Shown piece after piece: positions 49,666 through 61,699 of a DNA stretch of 64,000 nt; within the stretch, counting starts at the first letter, position 1; each line of letters begins with the position of its first letter. The stretch spans positions 72,871,463 through 72,935,462 of the forward strand of contig NC_068988.1 of NCBI RefSeq assembly GCF_001194135.2. The letters run 5' to 3'. The stretch is from Octopus bimaculoides. Its lineage: Eukaryota. The position numbers were made by a program, and so were the translations under genes. The notes below the pieces were generated by a model. It was not told the origin of the DNA. It saw nothing but the letters and a program-made list of their open reading frames with translations, and did not search any database.

Positions 49666-50429
49666 ATATTAAATATGCCAGTAGCCAAGCAGCTATCAGC
49701 TATGTGCATTTTATTGCAATAAATATACAATATTTATGAGACAAATTGATTTCACTCAAGGAGTCTGTTGAGTGTGATGGATATGACTTATTTATGGTTG
49801 TTGTTACATAGTAGGATATATTTAGATGTGTAAAATAAGTTTTATTACTATAACTTTTAGTGATTTCTAAAAAAATTCAGTTAGATCATTTAGGCTTTTA
49901 CTACTGATATAGTATTTTGGATTCTGGCATGAATTTCATTCTCTCAAAATTAGTATCTATGTATTAGTCAACCCTATATATTTAACCTAAAAATTTCAAC
50001 GTTTACACAAATCTATATGGTAATCACACTTTGAATATAACAGCTAGTAAAAACATCATTATAATACTATGCATATATAAAGATTGTTTTCTAACTTTAT
50101 CCAATGGGTGTTCATTTAGCAGTACAGTACTTATATATAGATATATATGCATGTGACAGATGCGGCAAAACTGCATGTCAAATGCATGGCTTGATAGCAA
50201 TAATAATGATATAATCATCTATGATAATCAATTATGCAGCACTTATGATTTTCCCATCTAATGGTGGATGTGGAGCAGAACAATATGACAATAAAAATTT
50301 GACTGTCCTTCCACCAATGAATGATTCTTATGGCATACTCTCATTTATCTTTTCAGGATTATTTGTTGCTTTGTTTTAAATAATTTTAAGGTGCACTAAT
50401 TACTTTTCTGGTACATTTTTTACTTCCAG

Positions 50430-50518
50430 TGACTGATAAATCTAAACTAGATTTTGAAGATTTATTCCAGCCTTTACCAGAATCAGATTGGATTCCCAAT
50501 GATCAAATCAACCATTGG
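50430..50518 (+). CDS. Internal coding exon (phase 1-0) of the same unidentified gene
   Basis: TTTTTTACTTCCAG acceptor and TGG|GTAATA donor; 89 nt: (V)TDKSKLDFEDLFQPLPESDWIPNDQINHW. Its phases exactly bridge the flanking exons. Confidence 0.65.
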
Positions 50519-52118
50519 GTAATATTCTCTTTTCACCCTTTTACGCTAAAAGAATCAGTTTTTATTTTTTTAACTATTCTGATGCATACTTTCAATATTG
50601 TTTATTAAGCTTTAAAAAAAAAACACTCATAAAAAAAATTCATTTTATTGTGGCAGAACATCTAAACAGTTAGAAATAGTATAAGAGCCAAACTATGGAA
50701 ACTGAATAGTTTTTTCTGCTATTGTTGTGACTCCTGTCAGTCCTGATCAAGTAAATGTCTCATCAAACACCTCCAGTTATAATTACTATCTTTTGTTTTT
50801 CATACACAGGGATTTTAGTTCTTTATTGTGTTCTTTCTTTTTTCATATAATTTGAAGGTGACACAACTGCTATTTCTACCAACTAAATGACCATATAGAG
50901 AGACCCTATTGGTGTGTAATAAATTTATAGTTTGAGTAGCTAACAGAAGAAAGAGAATCCAAATACAAAACACTTGTTCCAATAGATTAAGTTGCTAAGA
51001 CTAACTGAAGCTGTTTTAGTTCTTATAAAACTACCAGTTGAAGAGTTGTAGTATGCCTAGTCAGAAGAAAAGTAGCTCTTCTTTGCTCAAACTAATGTAA
51101 ATAGACAACATTGAAATTTAGTTTACTGCTGAAAGTGTTAGAGATACTGCGTATTATTGTTAGTTGCATTGCTTAGCCCAAATACTTCTATGGATCAAGA
51201 GAAAGCAATAAAAAAATTAGTTTAATGTTTCTTTCCTAAAAAGATTTTTATATTGTCAGAAGGCTGACCAGAAGCCTACTTGACATGATAGTTCCTTCTC
51301 AATTTGAAAAGTTCATTGACATTCTTAACTGAAACTTGTATTTTGTTATTTATTGAAGTTTATGGTAAAGAGATTTTTGTTTTATTTAAATGCATATTTT
51401 AAATTTTTTGTCTAAAGGAATGAATGAAGTTAATTTTGCAAGCAACAAAAAGTTTCTCTTTGTGTGCAAAAAGCAGACTACATGACGCAAGTGCACAGAG
51501 AAAAGTGTTACATGATAGTACTCAGTGAATGTTGAAGGACTGTGCAGGTTTGGGAGAAATGAGATGAGTACAAATGTGCCACAATAACTTGCATGTAGTG
51601 CTGAGCACAAGTGAGCTGGACATTAAAAGCATCAGACAATGTTTGAGGAGAAAAGAGTGATAAGAACATGTGGTGTGAATTGCAGATAAGAAGTTGTTTT
51701 CTACTTGAAATCGCCCTAAGCAAAGCCCATAGGCTTTGCTTATGGGAAGAAAGGTTACGAGAAAAGAAAGGGAGTAGTATTAATGCTACAAAAGGTAAAT
51801 AAAAAATGGTATTAAAATAATTTATAAAAAATTAAAATGACATACAATAGATGATATAAAAGAACTGATTGCAATAAAATACAGTAAATAAGATGAAAAG
51901 AAAGAAATAATAAAATTAAATAAAATTTTTATAAAAGTAGATGTAGTAATGGCCGTGTGGTTATGAAGTTTGCTCTTGAACCACATGGTTAGCAGTTCAT
52001 TTCCACTGTATGGATGTTATTGACTGATGTCCTCTACTAAAGCCACAGGTTGAGAAATACCTTGTAAGTGAAATTGGTTGATAGAAACTGGAAGAAGACC
52101 AGTGTGTGTGTCTGTATG

Positions 52119-52177
<59 letters not shown>

Positions 52178-52629
52178 GGATGGATGGATGGATGAATTGA
52201 AGTAAAAATGAAAAAGCAAAACATTTGGCATCGCTTGAAACAGACATTTAAATTAGATAGAGAATATAAACATAGAGTCTCTTACAGCTGTTTCTAGAAA
52301 AGCCAAGCATGTGGATCATAGTGTTGAGTAAGGATTCTATAAGCTGAGAATTCCATCATCAGACAGGGAAAAGTCAGAGAGATGTAAAAATGAGGGTAGA
52401 TTCTCAGTCAAGGATACCAGTAAATTCCAGTTTGTCAAAAATGGGGGAAGGATCAAAGTAAGATAGGTATGTGTTACATAGTTCCATGATCAAATAAATA
52501 ATACAGTTATAGGTAATGTCCATTACGAGTTTCAAATGAGAATGTTCAATGATAATCCATGACAAGGAATAGTGGAAGTTACCAGTTCCAATTTTGAATG
52601 TACTATGTATATATGTATGTATAGTGAAG

Positions 52630-52945
52630 ACATTTAGCTTAGTGGTTAAGGTATTCGGCTTCTGATGGTAAGGGTGTGAGTTCAATTCCTGATGACACAT
52701 TGTGTCCTTGAACAAGACACTTTATTTCACATTGCTTCAATCCACTCAGCTGGCAAAAATAAACAGTACCTGTATTTCAAAGGACCAGCCTTGTCACATT
52801 CTGTATCATATTAAATCTCCTGAGAACTACATTAAGAGTAGACATGTCTGTGGAGTGCTCAGCCACTTGCATGATAATTTCACGAGCAGGCTGTTCCATT
52901 GATTGGATCAGCTGGAACCCTTGTCAACGTAACTGACAGAGTGCC
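52630..52945 (+). mobile_element. tRNA-derived SINE (family C)
   Basis: AGCTTAGTGGTTAAGG A-box, GAGTTCAATTCC B-box, TTGTGTCCTTGAACAAGACACTTTA core. A related degenerate copy lies at ~34.7 kb. Confidence 0.65.
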
Positions 52946-53389
52946 ATATGTATGTATGTGTACATGTGTGTTTGAGTGAGTTCCTTTTTTTCCCCCTTGT
53001 CTTCACATATAAACAAAAGCCTTACCATTCATACAGATGTTGGCATTTGCTTGCTGTCCAATTTGAAAGTATATCCAGGCTTCTTGCTAGATTTTGACAT
53101 GTTGCACACAAACACACAAAACCTTCACTGTTCTTACAAATGGTGTTGTTTGTTTGCAGTCCTCCACAAAAATATGTCTAAGCTGTTCATTATTCAATAG
53201 ACTGGGTACCTTACTTGGAAACAGGTAAGGGTTTGCATCAGAAAGAGCATCTGGCCTTAAACAATTCTACCTCCAGGTAGTCATGTCTAACTTGTGCAAG
53301 CATAAAAAAGTAGGATGTTAAAATGACAACAACACAGATGACAATGGTAATGATGAAGGAGAGGAGAATAAAAATTATGAAAACAACTT

Positions 53390-54410
53390 TTGCCATATTC
53401 CAGGGAGAAAAACTATAAATAGTTAATAGCTTCCGTTATCTAGGTGACCAAGTCAATAGCGGGGGAGGGTGTGCTGAAAGTGTAGCTGCTAGAATAGGAA
53501 TAGCCTGGGCAAAGTTCAGAGAGCTCGTACCTCTGCTGGTGACAAAGGGCCTCTCTCTCAGAGTAAAAGGCAGACTGTATGACGCATGTGTATGAACAGC
53601 CATGCTACATAGCAGTGAAACATGTGCCGTGACTGCTGAAGACGTGTAAGCTCACAAGAAACGAAGCCAGTATGCTCCGATGGATGTATAATGTCAGTGT
53701 GCATACTCGACAGAGTGTAAGTACCTTGAGAGAAAAGTTGGACCTAAGAAGCATCAGTTGTGGTGTGCAAGACAGACCCAGGAAGANNNNNNNNNNNNNN
53801 NNNNNNNNNNNNNNNNNNNNNNNNNNNNNTATGCAGTGCATGAGAAGACTCGGCAAGCCAAGTGAGACCATAATCCATGGCCTCTGCCAGCCCACTTATT
53901 CGTACCTTTACTTCATTGGACACTAAACTCCGCTTGCGAAGACCTGTTGGGGCAAGTCAAATCGAAATCAAAATTGAACCAAATTCGATGACTGGCACCT
54001 GTGCCAGTGGAGCGCTAACAGCACTGTCTGAGCATGATCATTGCCAGAGCAGCTGTCTGGCTTCCATGCCAGTGGCATGTAAATAGCACCATTTGAGCGG
54101 GATCATTACCAGCGTCCCCTTAATGGCACTTGTGCCAGTGGCACATGAAAAAAACATCCGATTGAGGTCATTGCCAGTGCCAGTGGCATGTAAAAAACAC
54201 CATTTTGAGCGTGGCTGTTGCCAGTACCGCCTGACTGGCCCTCACTACACTCTCAGAGTGGTTGGCATTAGGAAGGGCATCCAGCTGTAGAAACTCTGCC
54301 AGATCAGATTGGAGCCTGGTGCAGCCATCTGGTTCACCAGTCCTCAGTCAAATTGTCCAACCCATGCTAGCATGGAAAGCGGACGTTAAGCAATGATGAT
54401 GATGATGAAA
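53390..54410 (+). mobile_element. RTE LINE 3' part, second copy (internally deleted or gapped), intronic
   Basis: Collinear with 9618-10830; (GAT)n tail. Confidence 0.9.
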
Positions 54411-55073
54411 GGATCAATAAAAATATTAAAATGAGTAAAATAATTAAATTTTGCCAGCATCAGGTAATGTATTTGTTGATTGCAAAATTAAAGAAATCAA
54501 TTATTGTGCAGGAAAACAATGGAGACAGTGTGTATTCCGCAATTCAGCTATTCTGAGTAAAAGCTGTGGACATAAAACATGCAGTGAGATATACATTTTT
54601 GTGTGCTGATAGGAGAAATTAGCTGTTGTAAAGAACTAAAAAACTTGGAAGAAATGGTAAATTTAGATTTCCTGATATTAGACATACAACACAAGGATAA
54701 CACAGGGTTGGAGTTAGCTCTGGTGGAGATTTGCTTTCACACCATGCACTTTCTGTCACATGCTTGTGAATTTCAGTGAAAACAATGTTACTCTTGACAT
54801 GAGAAAAACCTTCTGTGACTTGGGCATGAGAACCTACTGGTTACTCATACATGGGCTACATCCAAGTTTCATCTTTTGCATTTTAAGACCACTGCATAGC
54901 AGCATCCATTAACATGATTCTTTCTGACCAACATCCTATCAACTCTGGTATTTATTAAGATTTGATTATATCTTCTGAAGCCCTTATACATGTATGAAAC
55001 AATTGTAGGTGAATATGTTAAGTAATTAATAAATTAATTTGTATCCATTAGATCTCTGTTTTCTAACTCGATA

Positions 55074-55125
<52 letters not shown>

Positions 55126-55542
55126 GCGTGTGTGTGTGTGTGTACATTATGTATGTGTGGATGTGTATGCATTATATATATTTGTGTATGTATGTGTGTA
55201 TATATACCATTGATCATCTTTCACTTACTTCTAACAGATCGCTGCAACTTTCACTTTACTTTAAAGTTCTAAATACAAACATCATCTACATGCAATTTAG
55301 TTTTCATACCAAACTTACACTGATTCTGTATCAATGTGAAAAAATAGACCTTAAAATGATGAATTCACCATGTTTCATAAACTATATTTCTAACATTGTT
55401 TAGCATATAATAGCTTTAAAAAAATCATTATGTGTCTTTACACAATTATTGAAAGAAATAAATTATTATAGAATGAAATATGTATTAGAATTGTAAAACT
55501 AACTTCACATGTTATGATGCTTCATATTTTCATATTTTTCAG

Positions 55543-55953
55543 AGCGAGACATCAATTAAAACAATGCATGCATGTCTGGATATCCAGCTGATTATTGAAT
55601 CTTGCCAGAGAGCTCTAGTTAGTATTCATAAGTCATTGCTAAGTGGCAACAGAGAGGATATGCTGCAGAATAATTCCCAGGCATTTTCTGTAGCCTTAAA
55701 ATCTAAACCTCAAGTATTCCAACATGATGATGGATTTGTACAATTCTGGGATAAGTTAAATGAGCTTACCCCTGATTATTTAAGAACTTTATCATTAAAT
55801 AATCAATCATTGATGCCAACAGCAGATGGAAAACGGCGGAAAATGAGTTCCTCCCGTAGAGTGAATGCTAGAGAATATATTGGCAGTTTGTTTATTTCAT
55901 GTTTGCGCAGAAGGCCAAGGATGGAATCCCGTAAAGATGTGAAATCTTTTTAA
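55543..55953 (+). CDS. Terminal coding exon (phase 0) of the unidentified gene, 136 aa
   Basis: TTTTCATATTTTTCAG acceptor; open to TAA 55951-55953: SETSIKTMHACLDIQLIIESCQRAL...GFVQFWDKLNELTPDYLRTL...KDVKSF. Confidence 0.72.
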   Translation, partial: SETSIKTMHACLDIQLIIESCQRALVSIHKSLLSGNREDMLQNNSQAFSVALKSKPQVFQHDDGFVQFWDKLNELTPDYLRTLSLNNQSLMPTADGKRRKMSSSRRVNAREYIGSLFISCLRRRPRMESRKDVKSF

Positions 55954-57258
55954 AATATCCTGTACCATTACTGTTATAATCTCTTTGAAATGATATTTAT
56001 TAATATCGAATTAGCTCCTAAAACATTTTCATAACAATTATCAATGTTGGTTGTTCTCATTTTGTGCCAAATTCTAGCAAATAGTGTGACTAACAAATTG
56101 GGTGTAAACATGTCTTGTAGTTGGGTTGAAAGAATGAACAGATCATTGTGAATAATTATCTCCTGTAAGTTCATTATAAAATATTGTTGGCTAATTAAGT
56201 AAAATTGTTTTAAAAGAAAGATACACTTATATATATGTGAAATTGTTTCAATATTGTTTTAAATATTGGTCTGCAAATTTAAAATATTATGATTTAATAC
56301 TTCTTTCTTTTAAATTTCCAGTGAGCTGCTTTTTTTTTTTTTTTTTTTTTTTTTTTACATGGAGATTAATTATTACTGTTAATTATAAAAATAGCACAGT
56401 GATGATGGGTGGTATAATCAGATGAGATACTTTACTATAACTATTTCAGTACTTCACTGTGCTAGGTTGAAATTCTGCCTAAGTCCACTTTTGCCATTTA
56501 TCTATTCAAGGTTAATATAAAACCAAATTATGACTCTCGTAGACTACTGGTTTGAAGAGTGGGGGAAGGTTTATGACCCTAAAGATTTTATTTGTGTAGT
56601 ATATATTAAGTAAATCAGCCTGATAGAATCCATCTCGTCTAATGTATACCTATGCTGAAATTTGAACTCAACAGTGGAAGCATGTCAATTATACAGTGCT
56701 CTCCTTGATTTTAGTAGTGTATGGGACCTATTCTTTAATATATCAACTCTCAACCTTTGAGCTTTAGGCTAACACTTCATTGACTCACCTAACTGCAGCT
56801 CTACTCAAACTAAATACTAGTGATATACTACTGTTGATTCAGTAAGCTAAATACATACTTAATGCAAAACATCTGTTCTTCCATTTAAAAGAAATTAAAG
56901 TTGTAATTAATTTCTGCCAACGAAAGTGATTAATTAAAATACAATATTTCATTTAATTTATTCATTTTACAAAGAACTAATCAATAATACACTGTAACTA
57001 ATACATTATGTATGTAACACTGTACTACGTTAGATATGTTACACACTAGAATTTACAATAGAATCTGCCTACTATTGCAATCACAACCATTATACAATTA
57101 AATGTTTTTTAAAACATGCTTTAAACATTTTGAAATCCCCAACAAAATAATGAACTTATTAAACATACTTTACTTAATACAGTTCTATATTTAAGAGATG
57201 AGGAATTATGTACATTATTTACAATTGATGGATATTTGTCCTCATCTTGTTTGTTGTT

Positions 57259-57304
57259 AACACAACGTTTCGGCTGATATACCCTCCAGCCTTCATGAGG
57301 TTTC
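57259..57304 (-). ncRNA. Minimal type I hammerhead motif, core mutated (CUCAUGA)
   Basis: Minus strand reads GAAAC-CUCAUGA-A-GGCUG-GAGGGUAUAU-CAGCC-GAA-ACGU-U-GUGUU. Confidence 0.6.
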
Positions 57305-57628
57305 TTGGGAAATTTCAAACCTGGGTTCTCATTCCTAAGGTATTTTTTGATGTTATTATTGTTATTATTATTATTCAGGTCACTGCCTGGAATCGAACAT
57401 AGAATCTTGGGGTTAGTAGCCCGCGCTCTTAACCACTACGCCATATGTCTGTGGGCGCATGGACATATGGTGTAGTGGTTAAGAGCGCGGGCTACTAAGC
57501 CCAAGATTCCGAGTTCAATTCCAGGCTGTAACCTGAATAATGATAATAATAATAATAATAATAACAACAACAACTACAACATCGAAAAATACCTTAGGAA
57601 TGAGAACCCAGGTTCGAAATTTTTCCAA

Positions 57629-57671
57629 GACACCTGATGAAAGCTGGAGGGTATATCAGCCGAAACATGTT
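57629..57671 (+). ncRNA. Minimal type I hammerhead motif, cleavage site eroded
   Basis: GACAC-CUGAUGA-A-AGCUG-GAGGGUAUAU-CAGCC-GAAAC-AUGUU. Confidence 0.6.
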
Positions 57672-60339
57672 AACAAACAAGAGGAGGACAAATATCTGTC
57701 AATTGTAAATAATGTAAATAATACTTTACTTACTTGCACATATGTGCAAGTATGTCTGTATATAAGAGCAATGCAATATGTCAGCATATCTGCAATGACT
57801 ACAGAAACCTTATCATTTACTAAAGTAAACTACAAAAAACAATTAGAATCCTAAATAAGGCAATTAGCAGAAGATATTTCCAGAATATGGGTCTGAAGTA
57901 CTTGAAAAAAAATGCTATTAAATGATCATAGTTAGTGTCAAAAACTAAAGCAGGATCACATGGAGTAGAAATTATAACTGAAAATAACTAAAAGATTTAG
58001 AAATTATAAATAAATGACTAAACAATACAGTGTATGGTGCTTGACTTGGGAATTCAGTATCCATGTCTCATTGCTATGTTGTATCACACTTTTTGCACTT
58101 ACTTCATACAGTCTACTTTTTATAAAGAAAAAGAAATCCTTTTTACCAGAAGAGTTAACAGCTCACTTTCTCCCACCTCTTTTATACTCTGGCTAATATA
58201 TTTTTACTTCAACTAAACCAAATGATAAGCACTGCAAATCAAAGGGAGATGAATGTATGAATGAAATGACTAGAATAATGAAGCAAAACATTTTGTAATG
58301 TTATTATTCTTGAAAGAGGAGTGATAGTTATTTATTTTACAAAGAGGACAGATGAAATTAACTCCTGAAATTCAAGTTATCTAAAGATGTAAATAACATT
58401 CCAAAGTTTACAGCAGAAGAAACTCTGCAATATATTATTGTTTTTACAATGAGTTATAGTAGAAATATACTTACTCTCTACAAATGATGTCTTCAGGGAT
58501 AAAAACTGGAGATTATGATGAATGAAACAGCAATCTTTAAAAAATATCTAATGTTTTGAAACTGAATTATTATTGTTATTTGGTTACAAAAAGCTTTATG
58601 ACACTATTGTTTTTTATTGTTTGCATTCTGTAATTTTCTTCGAATAAAATTTTGTGAGATGTTTGTTAAATATAAAAAGAAACAATAAAAATAAGCAAAC
58701 ATAGTTTGCCTCACTGGAAGTCTCAAGTATTATTATATCAATAGTCTTGTTGTCGATGCATGTTTTCATTCAGACTTTAGTAAAGAATACAGTCAAGAAA
58801 CAAAAAAGATATATTCATAACAATAACACAACTTTACTTTCCTAATGAATACAGGAGTTTTCCAGTAATTTACAGGAACAGTCTGCCATTTGTTGTAATC
58901 TTAGTTAATAATATATATGAAGTACTACTATTAGAAATACAGTTTGTAATAAACTTAAGACTGATTCTACATGAAGAGAAATAAAATGTGATATCTGTTT
59001 TTCCCAAATGCATAACTAAAGCAAAATGTTCCACCTGGAATCTGAGCTTCATTGTCTTAATTAGCTAGAATCTTACATTTATTGCTTCAAATGAAAAGAA
59101 TTAATTCTAGATGCAGAAGAAATCAAGGAAAATACACAGAGGGAAGACGCAGAGTAAATTTTGAATGGAGTTGGAATTACATATAAATATTACAAAAGAA
59201 TTTAAGAGTTTGAAAAAGTTCTAAAAGGTCACTGCTTCTATCCAGTCGCTTTTGTTCCTCTATATTATAATTCTCTCATAAAATGGTTGTATAGATTATT
59301 CCATTTTTTGGTTCTATCACTGCTCACAATGTCATCAACCACCAAATCACAAAATATCTGTCCATTAGATAGAGCTTTCTTCTATATTTGAATACTAAAT
59401 TGAGGAACAATTTGTTCCTGAATCCTTTGACCAAGGTTAATTGCCCAAACACTTCAGAGGTTTGGATTTATATGAACAGCTATGCTACATAACAGTAAAA
59501 TTGACTGCTGCTAATTATTTCATTCAACATACCAATATAAATTGTAAAGTGAGTCAAAAATAATTGTCAAATGACATTGGGAAGAGATCTGGTGGATGGA
59601 CAATTTTTCCCTAACTTAGAGATAAATACTTTCTATAAAATGCTACAATAAGTGATTCTTTTGATCCCCCACATGTTCTAAATGCTGTGGTGGAGGTGGA
59701 GGCTACTGGCATCCATGGCATTTAAGACATTAGGAAGAGCTGAACTACAAACTTAAAATTCTTGACTGACCAAAGTATCAAGACTTTTGAGGACATATGT
59801 CTGTTCTTGCATCTTAGCTTTGCAATAACTCACAACAATACTGTCTCTTGGGTTGCTTTCATTGATAAAGTTCAACACATTTTCATATTTAATTACTCTA
59901 TTTCCAGTCAAAATGAAACTTGAGAAATTGAGAAGATAAAACTGCTAACTCACATAAAATAGAACTGCAAATATGTAGTCAGGTTGAAAACAAGGTCCTA
60001 TTGTCAGTAAAATTTGCTGGATTATTTTTTCATAAGGGAATATTATATGTGATATTAATTTTCAATTTCTGTTATGGTAATAGTGGGGCAGTTTTAATTT
60101 TCAGATGATTGTTCCATTTATTTATTTATAACTTCCATTATCAGGTTTAAAATATCTGCTGTCTCATGGTTTTCAGCTGAGAAAATAGTTTTGATTATAA
60201 CTAACCTTATTTTTTTTAAATACTAACCCTTTATTAAAGTCATCATTTTTGCTGTTACTCAAACAAACAAAAGGCAGCTGGCTCATAGGTTTTGCATTCT
60301 GAAGATGCTACATTTCAGTTTATTCTGTATATTATGCAG

Positions 60340-61610
60340 TTAACTATCCAATGTTTGCATTCCTTGAAGAGAATGATTTGCTGACTGACACCCAGTATAG
60401 TTTTCAACCATGTAGAAGCTGCCTGCCACAGTTCTTACAGAACTATAACTGGGTGTTAAAGTAGCTGCTCAACAATTCAATTGTCAACCATGGTATGATA
60501 TGTCACAAGCTGCATAGTTGGAAAACTTGGAGAGTGGCTACATGACTTTTTAAAAGATAGAAATCAGTCAGTAATGGCCAATGGAGCCACCTAAGGAAAC
60601 ACAAATAGAGAGTGGTGTTCCACAGGGCAGTCTTACAGCCACTGCCATTCAGAATGGCCCTCTCAGAGATGCTCTCAGCTGCTCAGATAGCCACCTTTGC
60701 TAGCTATACAGATGATACCAAAGTCTCTCAGAGGATACAGAAATTTAGAGACATGCACCTACAACAGGAGCTGAGGACAATAACATTCAGTTTAATGCTG
60801 GAAAATTTCAAACCCTGCACTACCAGCACACAAAGATGGAAAAACAGACAGGATACACTTGTTCAAGTGGGATTGCAATCACTGAATCAAAATCAGTGTG
60901 TGACATGGGCACTGACATGAGTAATAACACATTTTACCAGGTGCATATTACTGAGTTAGCAGTAAAATGCAGATAGCTGGCTGGATGGATCCTAAGAACT
61001 TTCAAAATGAGAGAACAGGAATCTATGATGGTCCTCTGGAGGACATTTGTCCTCAGCTGTTTAGATTACTGCTCCCAACTATGGTCACCATACAGTGTTA
61101 AATTAACAGTGGAACTCGAAGCAGTCCAACGAAGCTATATGAAGATCATCTCAATGCAACATATCAGCTACTTGGAGAGGCTGAAAAAGTTAAAACTCTA
61201 CTCCCTAGAACGAAGGCAGAAAAGTTACGCAGTAATATAAATATATGGAAAATTGTAGAACTTGCACCAAACTTTGGCATTGTCAGTTACACAAACAGCA
61301 GAATGGAGCACCACTGCATAGTACCAAAAATCCTAACACTGCCATCAGGATACAGGACCAGATACTGCAACAGTTTGGGTTTCAAGGCCCCACAGCTCTT
61401 CAATATTTTCCCAAAATGCCTAGCGACCTACATGGCTTGGATGTAGGTGTCTTCAAAACAAAATTGAGTCTCTTCCTGTCAAGAGTTCCAGATGAACCTA
61501 CATTACTGCAGAAATCACAGATTAAAACAGCAACATCAAACTCCCTCATTCACCAAATGCCACACCTCAGAGGAGGTTTCAAGTAGCGGAAATGTAGCAA
61601 TGCTAATGGC
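60340..61610 (+). mobile_element. Decayed CR1-clade LINE, RT and 3' end
   Basis: TQYSFQPCRSCL, SGVPQGS, ASYTDDTK, LSCLDYCSQLWSP, ERLKKLKLYSLERR, FKTKLSLFLSRVPDEP. Confidence 0.88.
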
Positions 61611-61699
61611 AGTGCCACACTATGGCTGCAGCTCTCAAGCTAGGAAATCCATAATAAATTTCAATAACAAACTATGAGTAAGAAAAGGATGCATCCAAT

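Larger units (their letters stand above)
57177..57720. mobile_element. Head-to-head dimer of a tRNA-SINE / hammerhead chimera with a 12-bp TSD
   Basis: Arms at ~57212-57456 and ~57457-57715. TSD ATACTTTACTTA at 57165-57176 and 57721-57732. Each arm has A/B boxes, an (AAT)n tract and a hammerhead-like module. Confidence 0.9.

Noticed and set aside
59300-59900. Possible hAT C-terminal fragment on the minus strand (PVASTSTTAF)
   Set aside because: Only one weak motif; not enough to call.
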